Counted from the first letter of the whole stretch, positions 32,390 to 46,460 are shown. The stretch is 63,886 nt of DNA, filler included, from Folioceros fuciformis (GCA_049999805.1; 8 parts of 8 records of this genome joined end to end with filler, not necessarily neighbours in it), one strand, 5' to 3'. Numbers and translations are program-made. Notes: a model not told the origin generated them from the letters alone.

Positions 32390-32917
32390 ACAACCATTTT
32401 ACGATTACCTGCAGCATACGAGGTGTTACAGGGAGGAGAAAGGAGGGCCAATCGCAAACGTTGTTTGCGTCGGCCAATCTACGGCCTGTTGTGCAAGACG
32501 TGGATGTCCCTCTGACATAAATGGCTGTGGGCGGATATCCGGGCTGCAACTGCAACGCTAATGCGTCTCCAATCCAATCCGCGAATCAGGAGAGCACAAA
32601 TTCGCTCCGGGACGTCTCGGAGTGAGCAAAGGGGAAGCAAGCCTTGGGACGGCAGGTTTCGGACAATCCTGTGCTCAGAGACGCCTCAGGCGATTCGCAG
32701 CAGGCATTTTTGAAGTGGATGCTAGCAAAGCTGAGGCAGTTGGGCTAAAAAATCTTAGGCTGGGCTCGGCGTGGTGGGGAATCCAATGCCTCTGCAGTTG
32801 CGGCTCCCCCTGGGAGGNNNNNNNNNNNNNNNNNNNNNNNNNNNNNNNNNNNNNNNNNNNNTTAATTAATTAANNNNNNNNNNNNNNNNNNNNNNNNNNN
32901 NNNNNNNNNNNNNNNNN

Positions 32918-35900
32918 ACTCAAGGTTGACACTCAATCCTTTCTTGAGTACTCACACCTGATAAATGTCTGAAAGAACCAGACTGCTTCTGACTGGAGTT
33001 TTACTCACAAGACCTTAAGTCTCTTCTTCCTAAGAGCAATCTGGTGCGGAATCACGCTGCCTTGCGTGAACCAGATTGTCTCATGCTCCGTGTCCTTACA
33101 GACTCTTGACTGTCTGCCCACAAAGCTCCCGTGTGAAACTTGGGATTCGCAACAAGGGCCAGTGCCGACATATTGTCACACACAATTGGGGTAGGTGCCT
33201 GCTAGGTCTGATCCAGATCATGTAAGAAGCTTCCCTCCCATTCTGCCTCCTTTGAAGCATCTGTGAGTGACCTGTACTCTGCTTCTGTGGATGACAGGGC
33301 TATGGAAGTCTGTTTTTTACATGACCAGTTCACAGTGTCAGAGGCAAGCAAGAAACAATATGTAGATAAACTTCTTCTGGAATCACTGTCCGAAGCCCAG
33401 TCGGCATCGGTGTACCCAGCAAGTGTAAGTTTCTCTTGCCCACTCCTCTTGTAAAATAGACCATATGTGTGGGTACCCTTAAGGTACCTAAAGATGCGTT
33501 TAACAGCTACCCAGTGGGCCCTGCCAAGTTTCTCCAGGAATTGAGAGACAGTGCTCACTGAATACTGTACATTAGGCCTGGTCCAGTTTGCCACGAAAAT
33601 CAGGCTGCCTACAGCATGCCTGTAGGGCACATCCTTCATGTCCTTGATCTCAACATCAGACTGAGGGCATTGCAAACTGGTGAGTTTTGCTCTCGTAGCA
33701 TACGGGGTTATAGTAGGCCTAGCCTCATCCAACTTAAATTTTCACAGGATATCATTGATGTATTTGTGTTGATGCACAATGATTAGTCCTTCATCTCGTA
33801 CCCTTAGGATTTGAACCCCAAGGCAGGATTTGAGCTCACCGATGTCCTTCATCTCGAATTTTGTGCGTAGCATAAGCTTGACTTCCGCTAACAAGAGCTG
33901 GCTATTTGTGGCGAGGATTACGTCGTCCACATGTAAGGCCAATACAACAAAGTCATTGCCTTTGTTTAGTCTATACACATTCGAGTCTACAGTGCTCCTG
34001 ATGAAAGAGATGCTCAGAAGGTAAACATGCATGGTAATATACCNNNNNNNNNNNNNNNNNNNNNNNNNNNNNNNNNNNNNNNNNNNNNNNNNNNNNNNNN
34101 NNNNNNNNNNNNNNNNNNNNNNNNNNNNNNNNNNNNNNNNNNNATACCATACCCTACCACTCTGCTTCAATCCATATATACATTTGAGCAACTTTAGAAC
34201 TTGGGTGGGGTTCTATGGGTCTTCATAACCCTCTGGCTGCATCATGTACAGGTCCTCATCTAGGTCACCATACAAGAAGGCGGTACATACATCCATCTGT
34301 TGTAAGTACAGATATAACTCTGCTGCAAGAGCAAGTAGGATTCGAATGGACTGGGCTCGAACAACTGGGGAGAAAGTCTCCTGGTAGTCCAGCCCCTCTA
34401 CTTGAGTAAATCCTCTAGCTACGAGACTGGCTTTATATCTTGCAATGTCTCTGTGTGCATTTAGTTTTAATTTAAAAACCCATTTGCAGGAGATGGCCTT
34501 GCGGCCAGGAGGCAAATCGACAAGTTTCCAGGTCTTGTTTTTGAGCAAAGACTGGTACTCGTCCTCCACTATGAGTTGCCACTTAGAAGCATCAGGGCCA
34601 GCCAGAGCTTGTTTGTAGGAGATAGGTTCTTTAGCAGGAAGGATGTCAACAGTGGCACCAAAAACAGTGGAGGATGTCCTGAAATCAACAGACTGGTAGC
34701 GTGGCTCACTCCATTGTGCTGGAACAGGCCTGTGCCGTATAGAACGTCTAAGGACAGGTGCGCAATCAGGATCATCGTCCACATATATAGGTGCAAAACC
34801 CTGAGCAGATACCTGCTGGTCATGGTCAAAATCTGCCAACTCATCAAGGTGTACTGCATTACTAGCATCAGATAAATTCAGGGCCATGTCCTCCACTGAA
34901 ACTGTATCGTCCATGTTGTTAGCATGATCAGGAACTGGTGGGTCCTGGGCTAATGCGTATGCTGGCTGTTGTGCAGGGACAGTGGGAGGATTGGGGTCCT
35001 CCGGATCAAGGCGAGCATCATCTGCTGGTTGATCAGTGTCATCCAAAGGGAAGGTAACTGTGTCTGATTCCTCGTCCAGGGTGTCTCCCTCTGAGTTCTT
35101 AAACAAGATAGGAGCATGTGTACAAGCAGTGTATGATTCAACAAAGGTGACACTTCGTGCTAAGGTCACTGTCTGTGATACAGGATCATACAACTTATAA
35201 GCTTTGACATGCTCACTGTAACCAACAAATAGGAGACTACGGGCACGGTTGTCTAACTTTTTTCTCTTCTCCGCAGGGATATAGGCAAAGGCCTTAGAAC
35301 CGAACGCACGCAGATGAAGTAGGCTGGGCTTACGATGCCAGAATACTTCAAAGGGAGTCCACCCCTTCACAAAGCTAGTCAGAACCCTATTCAATATGTA
35401 TGTGGCGGTGACCACAGCCTCTGACCAATATTCTTGAGGTAGGCCTGCTCAAAGCATACTCCTCGTCATACCCAGCAAAGTTTGGTTTTTGCGTTCAGCT
35501 ACGCCATTTTGCTGCTGAGTATGCGGCATAATCAGCTGTCTCTGAATGCCCTTCTCAAATAAGTACTCATCAAATGCATGATTAACAAACTCCGTCCCAT
35601 TATCACTGTGCAAGGTTTTGAGCAGGCTACCAGACTGACGTTGAACTGTTGGCAGCCAGTCCCTGAAGCAGCCAAAGGTATCGCTCTTCAGGTGCATGGG
35701 GATGGTCCATGAGTACCGGCTGTAATCGTCTGTCAGAGTCAGGTAATACAAAGCCCCTCCAAGTGAAGGTGTTTGTATTTTTCCTGACATGTCATCATGG
35801 AAAAGCTCTAACACAGAGGTTGCTCTATGTGCAATCTTAGGGAAAGGGAGTTCCTTTTGCTTAGCAAGGATACATGAATCACAAACAGGTAAATCCTTAA

Positions 35901-38888
35901 AGCAATTAGGTAATGGTTCCCTATGACATCCCTTGTTAGAAATATCTATCAGCTTGTTTCTATTGGCATGCCCTAAGCATGCATGCTACAAGGAAGCTAA
36001 CTGACTAAAAGTCATGCTGACTGTAAAAGCGGAATGACGTACAGGCTCAGGAGAACACCTCAACTCTAATTTGTACAAGTCATGATCAAGGACGCCTCTG
36101 AATGCACAGACAGAAGGAGAAAACTTCTTGTAAAAGCAGCAGGCCTCATCATTCACATGTATCTCATATGCATGCAACTGCATGAGCTTGCTCATTGACA
36201 TGAGGTTTTTCGCCATGTCTGGTACATAGAGAACTCCTTCGATGTGTTGTACAAATCCATCGTTGAGAATGAAGGTACATCGACCATGTCCCTCCACTTG
36301 AAGCCAGTGTCACTTCTTTCATCTCCTAACGGCACTCTATCCTTCATGTGATGCAGCATCAGCTTGGAGAACAGTCTCTTATCATTGCAGATGTGAGTGG
36401 TAGCTCCAAAATCGAGATACCAACCTCCGACATCGTGCAAAGAGCTTGTTAGGCAAATGGTGAGAATCTTCACTGTGGCTTTTGAATTCTCTCCTTTATC
36501 CTTCACAACAACACTAGCAGATTGCTTGGCTGGTTGCTGGCGCTGGGGCTCGCCTGCCTTCTTTTTTCGGCAATCCCTTACCCAGTGCCCAGGTGCCCCA
36601 CACCAGTTGCATTTTCCAGTGCGCTTGATTGTTCCTGTAAAACCTGAATCAATCGAGCTAGCCTTCCCCTTCTGCTTATTTAGCTTGAACTTAGCCGCTA
36701 ACACCTTCTCCACCTTGGCCTTTGTACCTCCGGTAGAAAGCAATCGGCTCTGTTCCTCTTGATGCAGAGCAGCCACTATATCGTCAACGGTTAGTGTGAT
36801 GGCATTCCCAACGGCAACAGCAGCCTGTGAGGTGCAAAGAGGCCCATTGTACGAATTGACGNNNNNNNNNNNNNNNNNNNNNNNNNNNNNNNNNNNNNNN
36901 NNNNNNNNNNNNNNNNNNNNNNNNNNNNNNNNNNNNNNNNNNNNNNNNNNNNNNNNNNNNNGCTCAGGAGCTGTACCACAGCATCCTCCTCCACTATCTT
37001 GATATTGAAGGAAGCAAGCTGAGCTCGAAGGTGGCGGAACTTACTGGTATAAATCCCCACCTTATCTCCCTCTTTCATTCGCAGAGCGTAATATTCTTGC
37101 CATACAGCACACTTGGTCATGATGTTTCGAGCTGATCCCAGATCTGGATACCCTTGGTTAGGTACTCGACGTCAGGAACCAAGACTGTGTCTAGTCCATT
37201 AATGAGGATGGCGACAACAACCTCATTGTGTGTTGCCCACTTTTCTTTGTCAGCTACCAGACCAGTAGTAGGATTTGGTTCTGAGAATGAGCCACCCACT
37301 ACATCCCACACGCCCCTAGCAATGAGGATGGCCTTCATGCGGACCTTCCACACCTGGTATTTGGTTCCATTGAACCTGTCCTTTTCCTTCAAATCTGAGG
37401 TAAAAGATGGCGTTGACATTCTGTGGGGCTGTGTAGGGTGATGGGTTCAAAAGATGGATTAGACCAGAATTGGAGCGAGGTATGTTACGGTATGTACCTG
37501 GCCTTCATCCTCTGAGCTAGAGGGTTGATGACAAATGTCGCCATCGGACAAGTCACTATTGTTCAAGCCAAACCAGGAAATACGACTCTAGCTAAGTGCA
37601 GTCCCAACTATGGTCAAAAGTGTAAAGTAGATAGAATTGTATGTAAGGTTGATAGCTGATTCAATTTACTCATCTTAGAAAAATTGCTAACGATGCGTAT
37701 TCAAGGGTGGCTGGTGGGAGGTGGTCAAGCTGGAAGAAGGCAGATAAAAACACTATCTGACCCCTAACATGATGGCTCCCTCTAACAGCCTCCCTAGAAG
37801 CGTAACGGTGCAAGTGTGAACAGACACCTTTCTTCATGCAGCGTTTCAATTTATTTTAGGGTTCCTAACCGTCATGTCAGGTTCTCATGAAACGATAGGT
37901 CAGACCTATCAGAAATCAGGAGACACAAGCAATCCAAGGGTTAGCCATGAAGATGTGGCGCTTCAGATCAGCGCCAAAGATCACAACTCTTGTCGGATGC
38001 CCTCTCGCGTCTCCTGCGCTCCCCGCCAGCGGAAGCAGTGTCACAGGATGGTGTCTCTGCTTGCAGGTAGAAATTCGGTGGAGAATCCCTACCCAAGGTC
38101 CATCTGTTGCAAAATTCTAGTGATCTACGCCACGTTGCGATTGATCTTGGAAAATTTGGTGTCGATGCAGACTTGGACACAAGCAAGATCCTTTCTCAAG
38201 AGATGTTGATTCGATTCCAACTTACCCAAAGCTGATTCCAATTTAACTTCAAAAATTTCCTTGCTTTGAGGCCACCTGTGTGTGCTGGCTATTGATTGCA
38301 AATTTCTGTCTGATACAGGGGCAAACACAGGTGGTCTCAAACAGGAAGGTAGAATCGACTCCAAAGGAATATCTCTTGGGGGCGGTTGATATCGAAGATT
38401 AGGATTCTGGTTCCTTGCATGACACCTTGCACGGAAAAGGGAATCAGTGTAGGAGTTCCTTCGTTATAGCACAGCAACGCGTGCCCAGTGAACAGCAGTA
38501 CCAGAACCTATCAACAAATTGTCTCAGCCATAGATTAGGATAGTTAGCCTCGTATAGGTACAGGATATCCTCAATACAGGTAGGTCTGTTGGTCCTTTGT
38601 GGTTTTGGTGGAAAACCACGGGCACCTGTCCTCTGTTGACGATGACCTGCACGAGGGCTACCCCATCCAGGCATCATGTCTTGAGATCGGTAGAGAGCAT
38701 CTGGTGCTCTGATACCATGTAAATGTTGCGGGGAGTAGGTTTGCTATGTTTCACTTGAACATTATTCAGAAAAGAATTAGAAAAAATGAATTACAAAAAC
38801 GTTTGAGTAAAACCGTTTATATACTAAACCCCATGTCGTTTCACATAACCCTAACTTAACTTAATGAATGTTGGCTTTAACTCCAACA
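32918..38888 (-). mobile_element. Ty1/copia LTR retrotransposon, decayed (5' LTR, PBS, gag, protease, integrase, RT, RNase H); 3' LTR lost at contig edge
   Basis: Motifs include gag (RFNGTKYQVWK), CNWC..GH...C, WYLDFGAT, integrase SDNGTEF/QQNGVAER, RT YKASLVARGFTQ/HVDD and RNase H YTDADWA/SSTEAEY. The PBS tggtatcagagc is at 38717-38706 and a putative LTR is at 38718-38888 (TG..CA). There are several stops and frameshifts. Confidence 0.92.
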
Positions 38889-38959
38889 ATATCTGACACA
38901 AGTTTTCAGCGCCAAAACCTTGTGAAGCCTGAAATGACAGAATACGCCCGTCTGGGTTA

Positions 38960-39655
38960 GACCATGTTAGTAGTTACTGCATCCCGGATGAAGTGATGAT
39001 GCACCTCAATGTGCTTGGTACGGGCATGGAATACTGGATTCTAAGCAAGTGATAATGCCGACTGATTGTCACAATATATCATTGTTGGTTCCTTTTGTTG
39101 TTGGCCCAGATCTGCAAGCAATCTCCTAAGCCATATTGCTTCCTTGGCAGCTAAAGTGAGAGCAGCATACTCTGCTTCTGTTGATGAGAGTGAGACTCTT
39201 GACTGTTTCTTGGACGACCATGTCATAGCTCCTCCTGCCAATAGGAATGTATATGTGGAGATTGATCGTCGAGTATCTGGGTCTGATGCCCAGTCGGCAT
39301 CATAGTAACCAACCAAGATAAATTGTTCTTCATCTCGTTTCCTCTTCAAATAATGCAGTCCATGATTGCTTGTGCCTTTCAGATACCTCAATATCCTTTT
39401 AGCTGCTGACCAATGCACTTTGCCTGGCTCTTTCAGAAACTGGGAGGTCATACTAACAGCTAGAGACACATTTGGTCTACTGTGATGTGCACAGAATATT
39501 AGCGAGCCCACTACTTGGGCATAAGGTACGTTTAGCATCTCTTCTCTCTGAGCATCAGTCTTAGGAGATTGATCTTTTGTTAGCTTACATCCTGCTTCTA
39601 AGAGTGTCAAAGCTGGCTTAGCATCTATGTGGACTTTACATGTTGAACAGACCCC
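38960..39655 (-). mobile_element. Ty1/copia RT-end/RNase H fragment of a second element
   Basis: Motifs VPYAQVVGSL, KRILRYLKGT, YYDADWA, SSTEAEY, YCDNQSA and HARTKHIEV. Confidence 0.9.
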
Positions 39656-39669
39656 TTGGAAATAATAGG

Positions 39670-39927
39670 TTTTTTTTTTTTTTTTGATCTGGGAGTGAGT
39701 GCTGTAGAGGAAAGGTTGGGAGATTAGGTTAGAATAGTAGTTAGATTTATGGTGAGTCGATAGGGTAGGTAGGTTGTGTGGTAGATAGGTGTGGAGGCAA
39801 AACCCCGGGCACTGATTGCCGACGGGTTCCACCTTTAGTGGCCACACTTATCCCACTGTCGTTGAGACATTGGGTTTCGTTCCCACGAAGGAGCGATGGG
39901 GTTCCTTGCTGCTGTGGATGGAGGGTC
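39670..39927. repeat. Unclassified interspersed repeat with a T16 tract; 39789-39927 recurs inverted at 45707-45845
   Basis: A 139-bp reverse-complement match with 3 transitions. The poly-T at 39670-39685 abuts the copia fragment. Confidence 0.85.
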
Positions 39928-40027
39928 NNNNNNNNNNNNNNNNNNNNNNNNNNNNNNNNNNNNNNNNNNNNTTAATTAATTAANNNNNNNNNNNNNNNNN
40001 NNNNNNNNNNNNNNNNNNNNNNNNNNN

Positions 40028-42066
40028 ATGTGGCATATGGTATATAGGCCAGACCTGGTATCTGGGTGAATCCTCGTGCTACTAGTCTTGCCTTGTAGTG
40101 TTCAATTGATCCATCCCCTTTTCTCTTAATTTTGAATACCCATTTGCTAGGAATAATTTTTCTTCCTTTAGGTGGCCTGACCAGCTCCCATGTAGAGTTC
40201 TTAACTAATGAATTGTATTCAGAATCTACAGCTGCTTTCCATAAGTCCTTTTCAGGTAGGGTAAAGGCTTGTTTTAAAGTAGCAGGTTCTTGAGGGTCAG
40301 CTGTGGCTTTGTATATGGCTTCTAGGTAAGGTAATGCAAGCGAAGAAGTGTGATCGGCAATAGCAAGGTACCCAAGGGGAGGCTCTCACCAACTGGCAGG
40401 TCCAGGGATGCTTGGACGGGAACGTAAGTTGTACCTGGGTGCAGGTTGCTCATCATTAGAAGTGTCATTTACGACAGATGGCGGATGTGGTCCCTGAATA
40501 GGTTCAAGGACTAGTAGAGAATCCTCATGATCGACATGATTTTCATACGCAGGATCAAAATCCTCATAATCAAAGTCACCAGGTTTAGGAAGATGTTGAG
40601 GTTCTTCCAAGTCAGGATNNNNNNNNNNNNNNNNNNNNNNNNNNNNNNNNNNNNNNNNNNNNNNNNNNNNNNNNNNNNNNNNNNNNNNNNNNNNNNNNNN
40701 NNNNNNNNNNNNNNNNNNAGTCAGGATCTGGTGTAGTAGGTCGTCGTAGGAGGATTGACTCCTCCTCCTCCTGCAAATCAGAGACAACACGAGAAGAAGG
40801 AAAAGGGAAGTGATTAAGGGGATCATAATCAGGAAAAATAGAGGAATCTTCGTTATCAGAAGGAAATGGTGTGGGAGTAGCCGAGAGTGAAGGAAAATCG
40901 ACAGATCCTCCCACTAAAGGTAAGAGAAGGGCAGACTCATTAAAGGTCACACTACGAGCATATAGAAGCTTATGATTAGAGGGGTCGAATAATTTATAGC
41001 CTTTGATGCCTTCAGTATAGCCAATAAACTTATATTGGACAACTTTTGGATCAAATTTCTTGCGTTGTGCAGGAGGAATAAAAGCATAAGCTGGGGAGCC
41101 AAAAATACGAAGGTGNNNNNNNNNNNNNNNNNNNNNNNNNNNNNNNNNNNNNNNNNNNNNNNNNNNNNNNNNNNNNNNNNNNNNNNNNNNNNNNNNNNNN
41201 NNNNNNNNNNNNNNNAAAGCTTCATATGGAGTCATGTTCTTTACAGCAGAGGTAGGTAATCTATTCAGAAGATAAGTGGCAGTAAGAATGGCTTCAGCCC
41301 AATAAATCTTAGGTAATTTAGCTTGAGATAATAAGCATCCAGTGATTTCGTGTAAACGTAGATTTTTATTCTCGGCCACACCATTTTGCTGAGGAGTATA
41401 AGCAATGGAAAATTGCTGGGCTATGCCTTCAACCCGACAATAATCAAAAAATGCTTGGGAGGTAAATTCTCCTCCATTATCAGAACGTAAAGTTTTAAGT
41501 TTCCGTTCAGTAAGTCGTTCTGCCCATGCCATACAATCCTTAAAAAAATGCATCACTTTTGTGTTTAATAATATAGGTAAGAACGAAACGGGAATAGTCG
41601 TCTGTGAAGGTCAAAAAATATCTACTTCCACTAAAGGAGGGTGTAGAAATGGGACCACAAATGTCTGTGTGAACAAGCTCAAGGGGGAACTTGGCCCTCT
41701 ATGGTGAGTTGTTCTTAAAAGGGGCTTGGTGTTGTTTAGTAGTAACACAAGCCTCGCACCAAGGTAGGTACTGGATTTTTGATAGACAGGGAGTTCTATA
41801 AAATTTTCCCTTAGACATTTGTATTAATTTTTGGCTATGGGGATGGCCAAGACGACAATGCCAGAGTAGAGTAGGAGAAATGGTAGCAGAATTTGGGGCC
41901 GAGACATTTATGGAATGTGTAGGACCCACTTGGATTGACAAGTTGTAAAGTCCATTATTCAATGTGCATGTGCAAATCATGAGAGACTTATTGTTGGTGT
42001 AAGAAATGAAACAACTATTTGCGAGAAGTGTGATTTGCATATCATGTGTTTGGCATAGGCTAGCAG
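40028..42066 (-). mobile_element. Ty1/copia fragment: GAG-pre-integrase, integrase, start of RT
   Basis: Motifs LWHCRLGH..CEAC, LRSDNGGEF, TPQQNGVAE and HLRIFGS, plus RT start motifs near 40050-40280. Confidence 0.9.
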
Positions 42067-42166
42067 NNNNNNNNNNNNNNNNNNNNNNNNNNNNNNNNNN
42101 NNNNNNNNNNTTAATTAATTAANNNNNNNNNNNNNNNNNNNNNNNNNNNNNNNNNNNNNNNNNNNN

Positions 42167-44909
42167 CATCGCAAAGTGGTAAGTCTTTGAAACATTTGGG
42201 TAGGGGCTCTCTACAGCTACTTAGGTTAGACATTTTAATCAGCTTGTCTCTATTAGCATGTCCCAATCGAGCATGCCACAAACTAGCTTGGGCAGATTGT
42301 GATGACTGGACAGCATGCACCGACTCTGGAGGTATACAGGTGAGATCTAGCTGATATAAATCGTGAACAAGATGTCCCTTTGCTACGACTTTATTATCCC
42401 CCCCTCGCTTCTGTAGTTCGCAACTGTTAGAAGTGAAGAGGAGGTCGTACTGACGCAAAGACATCAATTGACTTACGGAAAGGAGGTGCTTTGCCATAAG
42501 TGGAACGTGCAGGACATGATCTAAATGGAGGATAGAGCCATCATGCAAGCGAAAACGGCATGTGCCTGATCCAGCAATAAGAAGACCTGTACGTGTAAGC
42601 TCATCCCCTAACAGGACCTTATCGGATGTTTGAGAAGGTCTGTAATGACTGAGAAGACGTCTATCATTGCAGATGTGCGAAGTGGCACCCGAGTCTAGGT
42701 ACCAACTGTGGGGAGAGGAAGGGACTGAGGAAGATGAAAAGCAAACCGTCATCACAACAGGAGGTTTGTGAGAAGTCGAAGGTGCCTTGGCGACAGAGTG
42801 GGCCTCAGCTTGCTTGGGCTTCTCGACCTTACGAGCTTCGCCAGCCTTCTTTTTTCTACAGTCACGCTCCCAATGCCCCTAAATCCTGCACCAGTTGCAG
42901 GAGCCAGTGCGTTTGGTGGAAGAGGGGACAACTAAGCCGGAGCCAGAGGTAGATTTACCCTTCTGTCCACCCATGTGTTTCTGTCCTTTCGTGTAAAGAA
43001 CTTTATCAGTCTTAATTTTTCCACCAGGATGTGTGGATTGAAGTATGCTCTGCTCCTCCTGTAGAAGAGCCCCGATCACGTCCACAAGACTGATTTGAGG
43101 GGCCTGGCCTGCAGCTACAGCCTTGTCTGCAGCACGGATGGAGGCTCCGAAACCAGAAACGAACGTCTGATAACTCGGAGGTAAGCAGGTTAGGAGCTGA
43201 GCAACCGCATCCAGCTCGGGAAACTGGGACCCAAGATTCAAAAGTTGAGCCCTCAGTTGTCGAAATTTAATGACGAAAGGTCCCACCTTCTCGCCTTCTT
43301 TCAGCCGCATTGAAAACAACTCTCCTCGGATGGAACACTGAGTAAGAATGTTTTTGGCCTCGTACGTCTGCAACAACTGATCCCAGANNNNNNNNNNNNN
43401 NNNNNNNNNNNNNNNNNNNNNNNNNNNNNNNNNNNNNNNNNNNNNNNNNNNNNNNNNNNNNNNNNNNNNNNNNNNNNNNNNNNNNNNAATCAACACTGCA
43501 CGAGCAACGTGATTCAGGTTATCCCACTTTTCAATTTCATCCGCTGGAGCAGTTGATGCTGGTTTAGGAAGAGCGCTGCTGACGATGCCCCACACGTGCC
43601 TGGCCTGCAGAGCAGCTGTCATGCGCACACACCATCCATGAAACTTAGTGCCATTAAAGCGGTCTTTCTCCTTAAATTCCATTGAGAAAGATGGGGCAGG
43701 TATCACAGGCACTGGTGGAAGGGATGGTGAAACTACTCCGCCCCCTCCACCTCCTGCTCCTCCTCCACCTCCAGCGCCCCCGCCTGTAGCCATTCTGACT
43801 TATTTTGAGGAGATTATCAGGTGCTCACAGGTGATCAAGTCGATTGCACAAGGTATTCTTCTCGAAATACGTCAAGATGCTGTAAGAGGCTGACAGGTGA
43901 AGCGTAGGGGAGGTGCAGCAAGGTCAGATGTCACAAGACATCGCGGTGGGTGTCAGTTGACGGTTGGAGGCCGAAGATGGCTGACGTGGTATATTTTTCG
44001 CGTGGCTGGCTGCAGAATCGCGTCCTGTGAGTTCTTGCTGCGGGCAGACACCTGTAAATCGAGGCGCCTCCCGCCAGAAAACACAGCGAGCGCAGTATCG
44101 GCAGACGNNNNNNNNNNNNNNNNNNNNNNNNNNNNNNNNNNNNNNNNNNNNNNNNNNNNNNNNNNNNNNNNNNNNNNNNNNNNNNNNNNNNNNNNNNNNN
44201 NNNNNNNTCAACCGCAGCCAGGGTCTCTTGATGGCGCGCAGTATGAACTTCACCCTGTCGAGAAAGCACAGTAAACAAGGCCGATTCTGTAGTGTGCAAC
44301 CTGTCATTCAGCCCTCGGTAAGCTCCGACTGTCTCCGGCAGATTTATTGCCCGAGATCGGAATGTTTCCCACAAGCCGTCCTCTTGTGAGTCCCGAGATT
44401 CCGGATGTCTCTCTACATGCACCCTATTTGAAGTCCGACTGAAAAGCAGTGTGTAAGGAATATCCTCCTGGCCTGCGTGAAAATCTCGTACAGTCCTGGA
44501 AGCCTGATCCTGACGCCTAATTGTGAGTCGACTGCAGGGTGATAGAGGAGTGTGCTCGACGCGAGAACGCCCCCGTCGAGGCATTTTATAATTAGAGTAG
44601 CATGATCTGCTGCGTTGAAACAGCTAGATCCGCACAGCGGAAGTCTCTGATTTACTGTCATGCAGATTTTAAATCATATTCCATTGCTAATGTGGTCATG
44701 CAAGTAGTAAGAAGGAATTTTTGACACACGATCCTGGAATCACAATTTCTGTGACTCACGAATTTTGTGTCCTATAATCCCTGTTTGCTACATGCACCTA
44801 CCATGACTTAATGAAGACAGAAAAATCCAATCGTGTATCAAAGCCCGTGGGCTCTGATACCATGTCAAGTGACCAAAAAATCAATGCACACGTAAGTGCT
44901 CAGAATAAT
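42167..44909 (-). mobile_element. Ty1/copia 5' portion: LTR edge, PBS, long leader, gag, protease
   Basis: The PBS tggtatcagagc is at 44862-44851. Motifs include gag KEKDRFNGTKF (related to the 37419 gag), WYLDSGATSH and WHARLGH. Confidence 0.9.
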
Positions 44910-45074
44910 NNNNNNNNNNNNNNNNNNNNNNNNNNNNNNNNNNNNNNNNNNNNTTAATTAATTAANNNNNNNNNNNNNNNNNNNNNNNNNNNNNNNNNNN
45001 NNNNNNNNNTGAGCTCTTGGAGGTCCTCTCTTCATGAGCTCTTGTGGTCTGTCCCTGCTTGGTTTAGGACCTGC

Positions 45075-45232
45075 AGTGTGTTGCCGGCTGTGCAACGTCT
45101 GTAGGATCGCAAGCCGTGTGTTGCCGGCTGTACAGTGTCTGGTAGGATCGCAGGCAGCGTGTTGCCGGCTGTACAGTGTCTGGTAGGATCGCGGGCAGCG
45201 TGTTGCCGGTTGTATAGTGTCTGGTAGGATCA
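45075..45232. repeat. About 41-bp tandem repeat (4 units)
   Basis: gtgttgccggctgtacagtgtctggtaggatcgc recurs at 45078, 45118, 45159 and 45200. Confidence 0.85.
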
Positions 45233-45706
45233 CAAGGTGTAATGACCAGGGTGAAGGGGCTTGCCCCTAGCTCTTGATTGTAAAGGGTGTGTCTTTCTCT
45301 CAACCTGTCCACTCTTGTTCCTTGCTTGGTCAAGTGCTGTAGGCCGGCCATGTCTCATGGCGTCTGGTAAGGTTGTGGGGAGGAGATACCCAAGAGGGGA
45401 GTGTGTTCCCTTCTTCCTTTTGTTTGGGGTTAGTCTAGTGACTCTTGCCGGGTAGGGGGAGTTCGTAGGGAAGTGTAGAAGGTAGTGGTGTCGTTGCTGG
45501 TTGCTGGTAGTTACTGGTGTTGGTGCTGGAGTAAGAGAGTGAGTGAAGGAAGTCACAGATCTGAGAGGTTAGAGTCGTTGTAGTGACTGGAGTGAGTTTG
45601 TGGGCACCGAGAGAGGTGCAGCTGACCGCCGGACAGCGAGGCCTGTCCTACGCCTGATCGGAGCTGGAGGGGAGCCCTCGAATCCATCATCGAGTTGATC
45701 AAGTCC

Positions 45707-45845
45707 GACCCTCCATCCACAGCAGCAAGGAACCCCATCGCTCCTTCGTGGGAACGAAACCCAATGTCTCAACGACAGTGGGATAAGTGTGGCCACTAAA
45801 GGTGGAACTCATTGGCAATCAGTGCCCGGGGTTTTGCCTCCACAC
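45707..45845. repeat. Second, inverted copy of the 139-bp repeat at 39789-39927
   Basis: Reverse-complement near-identity. Confidence 0.85.
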
Positions 45846-46460
45846 ACGATTTGATAAAGAGTTATCTAAGGCTATGGGTATGCTAGGATAACAGGTATCA
45901 CATAAGTAAAAACTGATCAATATCATATAATATTACAAAATATAACATTCAACTACAAAATGAGAAATTCAAAACTTTGTAGCAAGAACAATCAAGTTTT
46001 TCTCTTCAAAGCTTTTCAATATTAGTGATCATCATTTCTTGAAAGCTTTATAGTGAGATAAATCAATACCAAAGTTTAACAAAGATCTATCTCTTCACGG
46101 CTTTGCAGCAAGATTAGTCAAAATAAGACTCAGACTTCTTAGTAAACCAAGCTACCAATACCATAGCATTCTCTATAATTTCTTCACTTAGCTATGGTGT
46201 TGGTAATGACCGTGTGTTAGTTTTTTAAGATTGTCTAAAATACTTGATAAATGGGTATAATGAGCAAAGCAAGGAAGTAGTCTAGCAAGGTAGGCGAGAC
46301 TATGCCATAGATCCCAAACACTGNNNNNNNNNNAGGCGAGACTATGCCATAGATCCCAAACACTGTTATGTTAGCGGGGTCATTGGAGCTCAGCTTCATG
46401 TTTGTCCTAGAGCACCGCGTCAAGGTGGTGTTCAATCGCCGCTGTCCTTGACGATGCCCT

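Noticed and set aside
39789-45845. Apparent large element bounded by 139-bp inverted repeats enclosing copia genes
   Set aside because: Three artificial joins lie between the copies, so their orientation and distance are not reliable.
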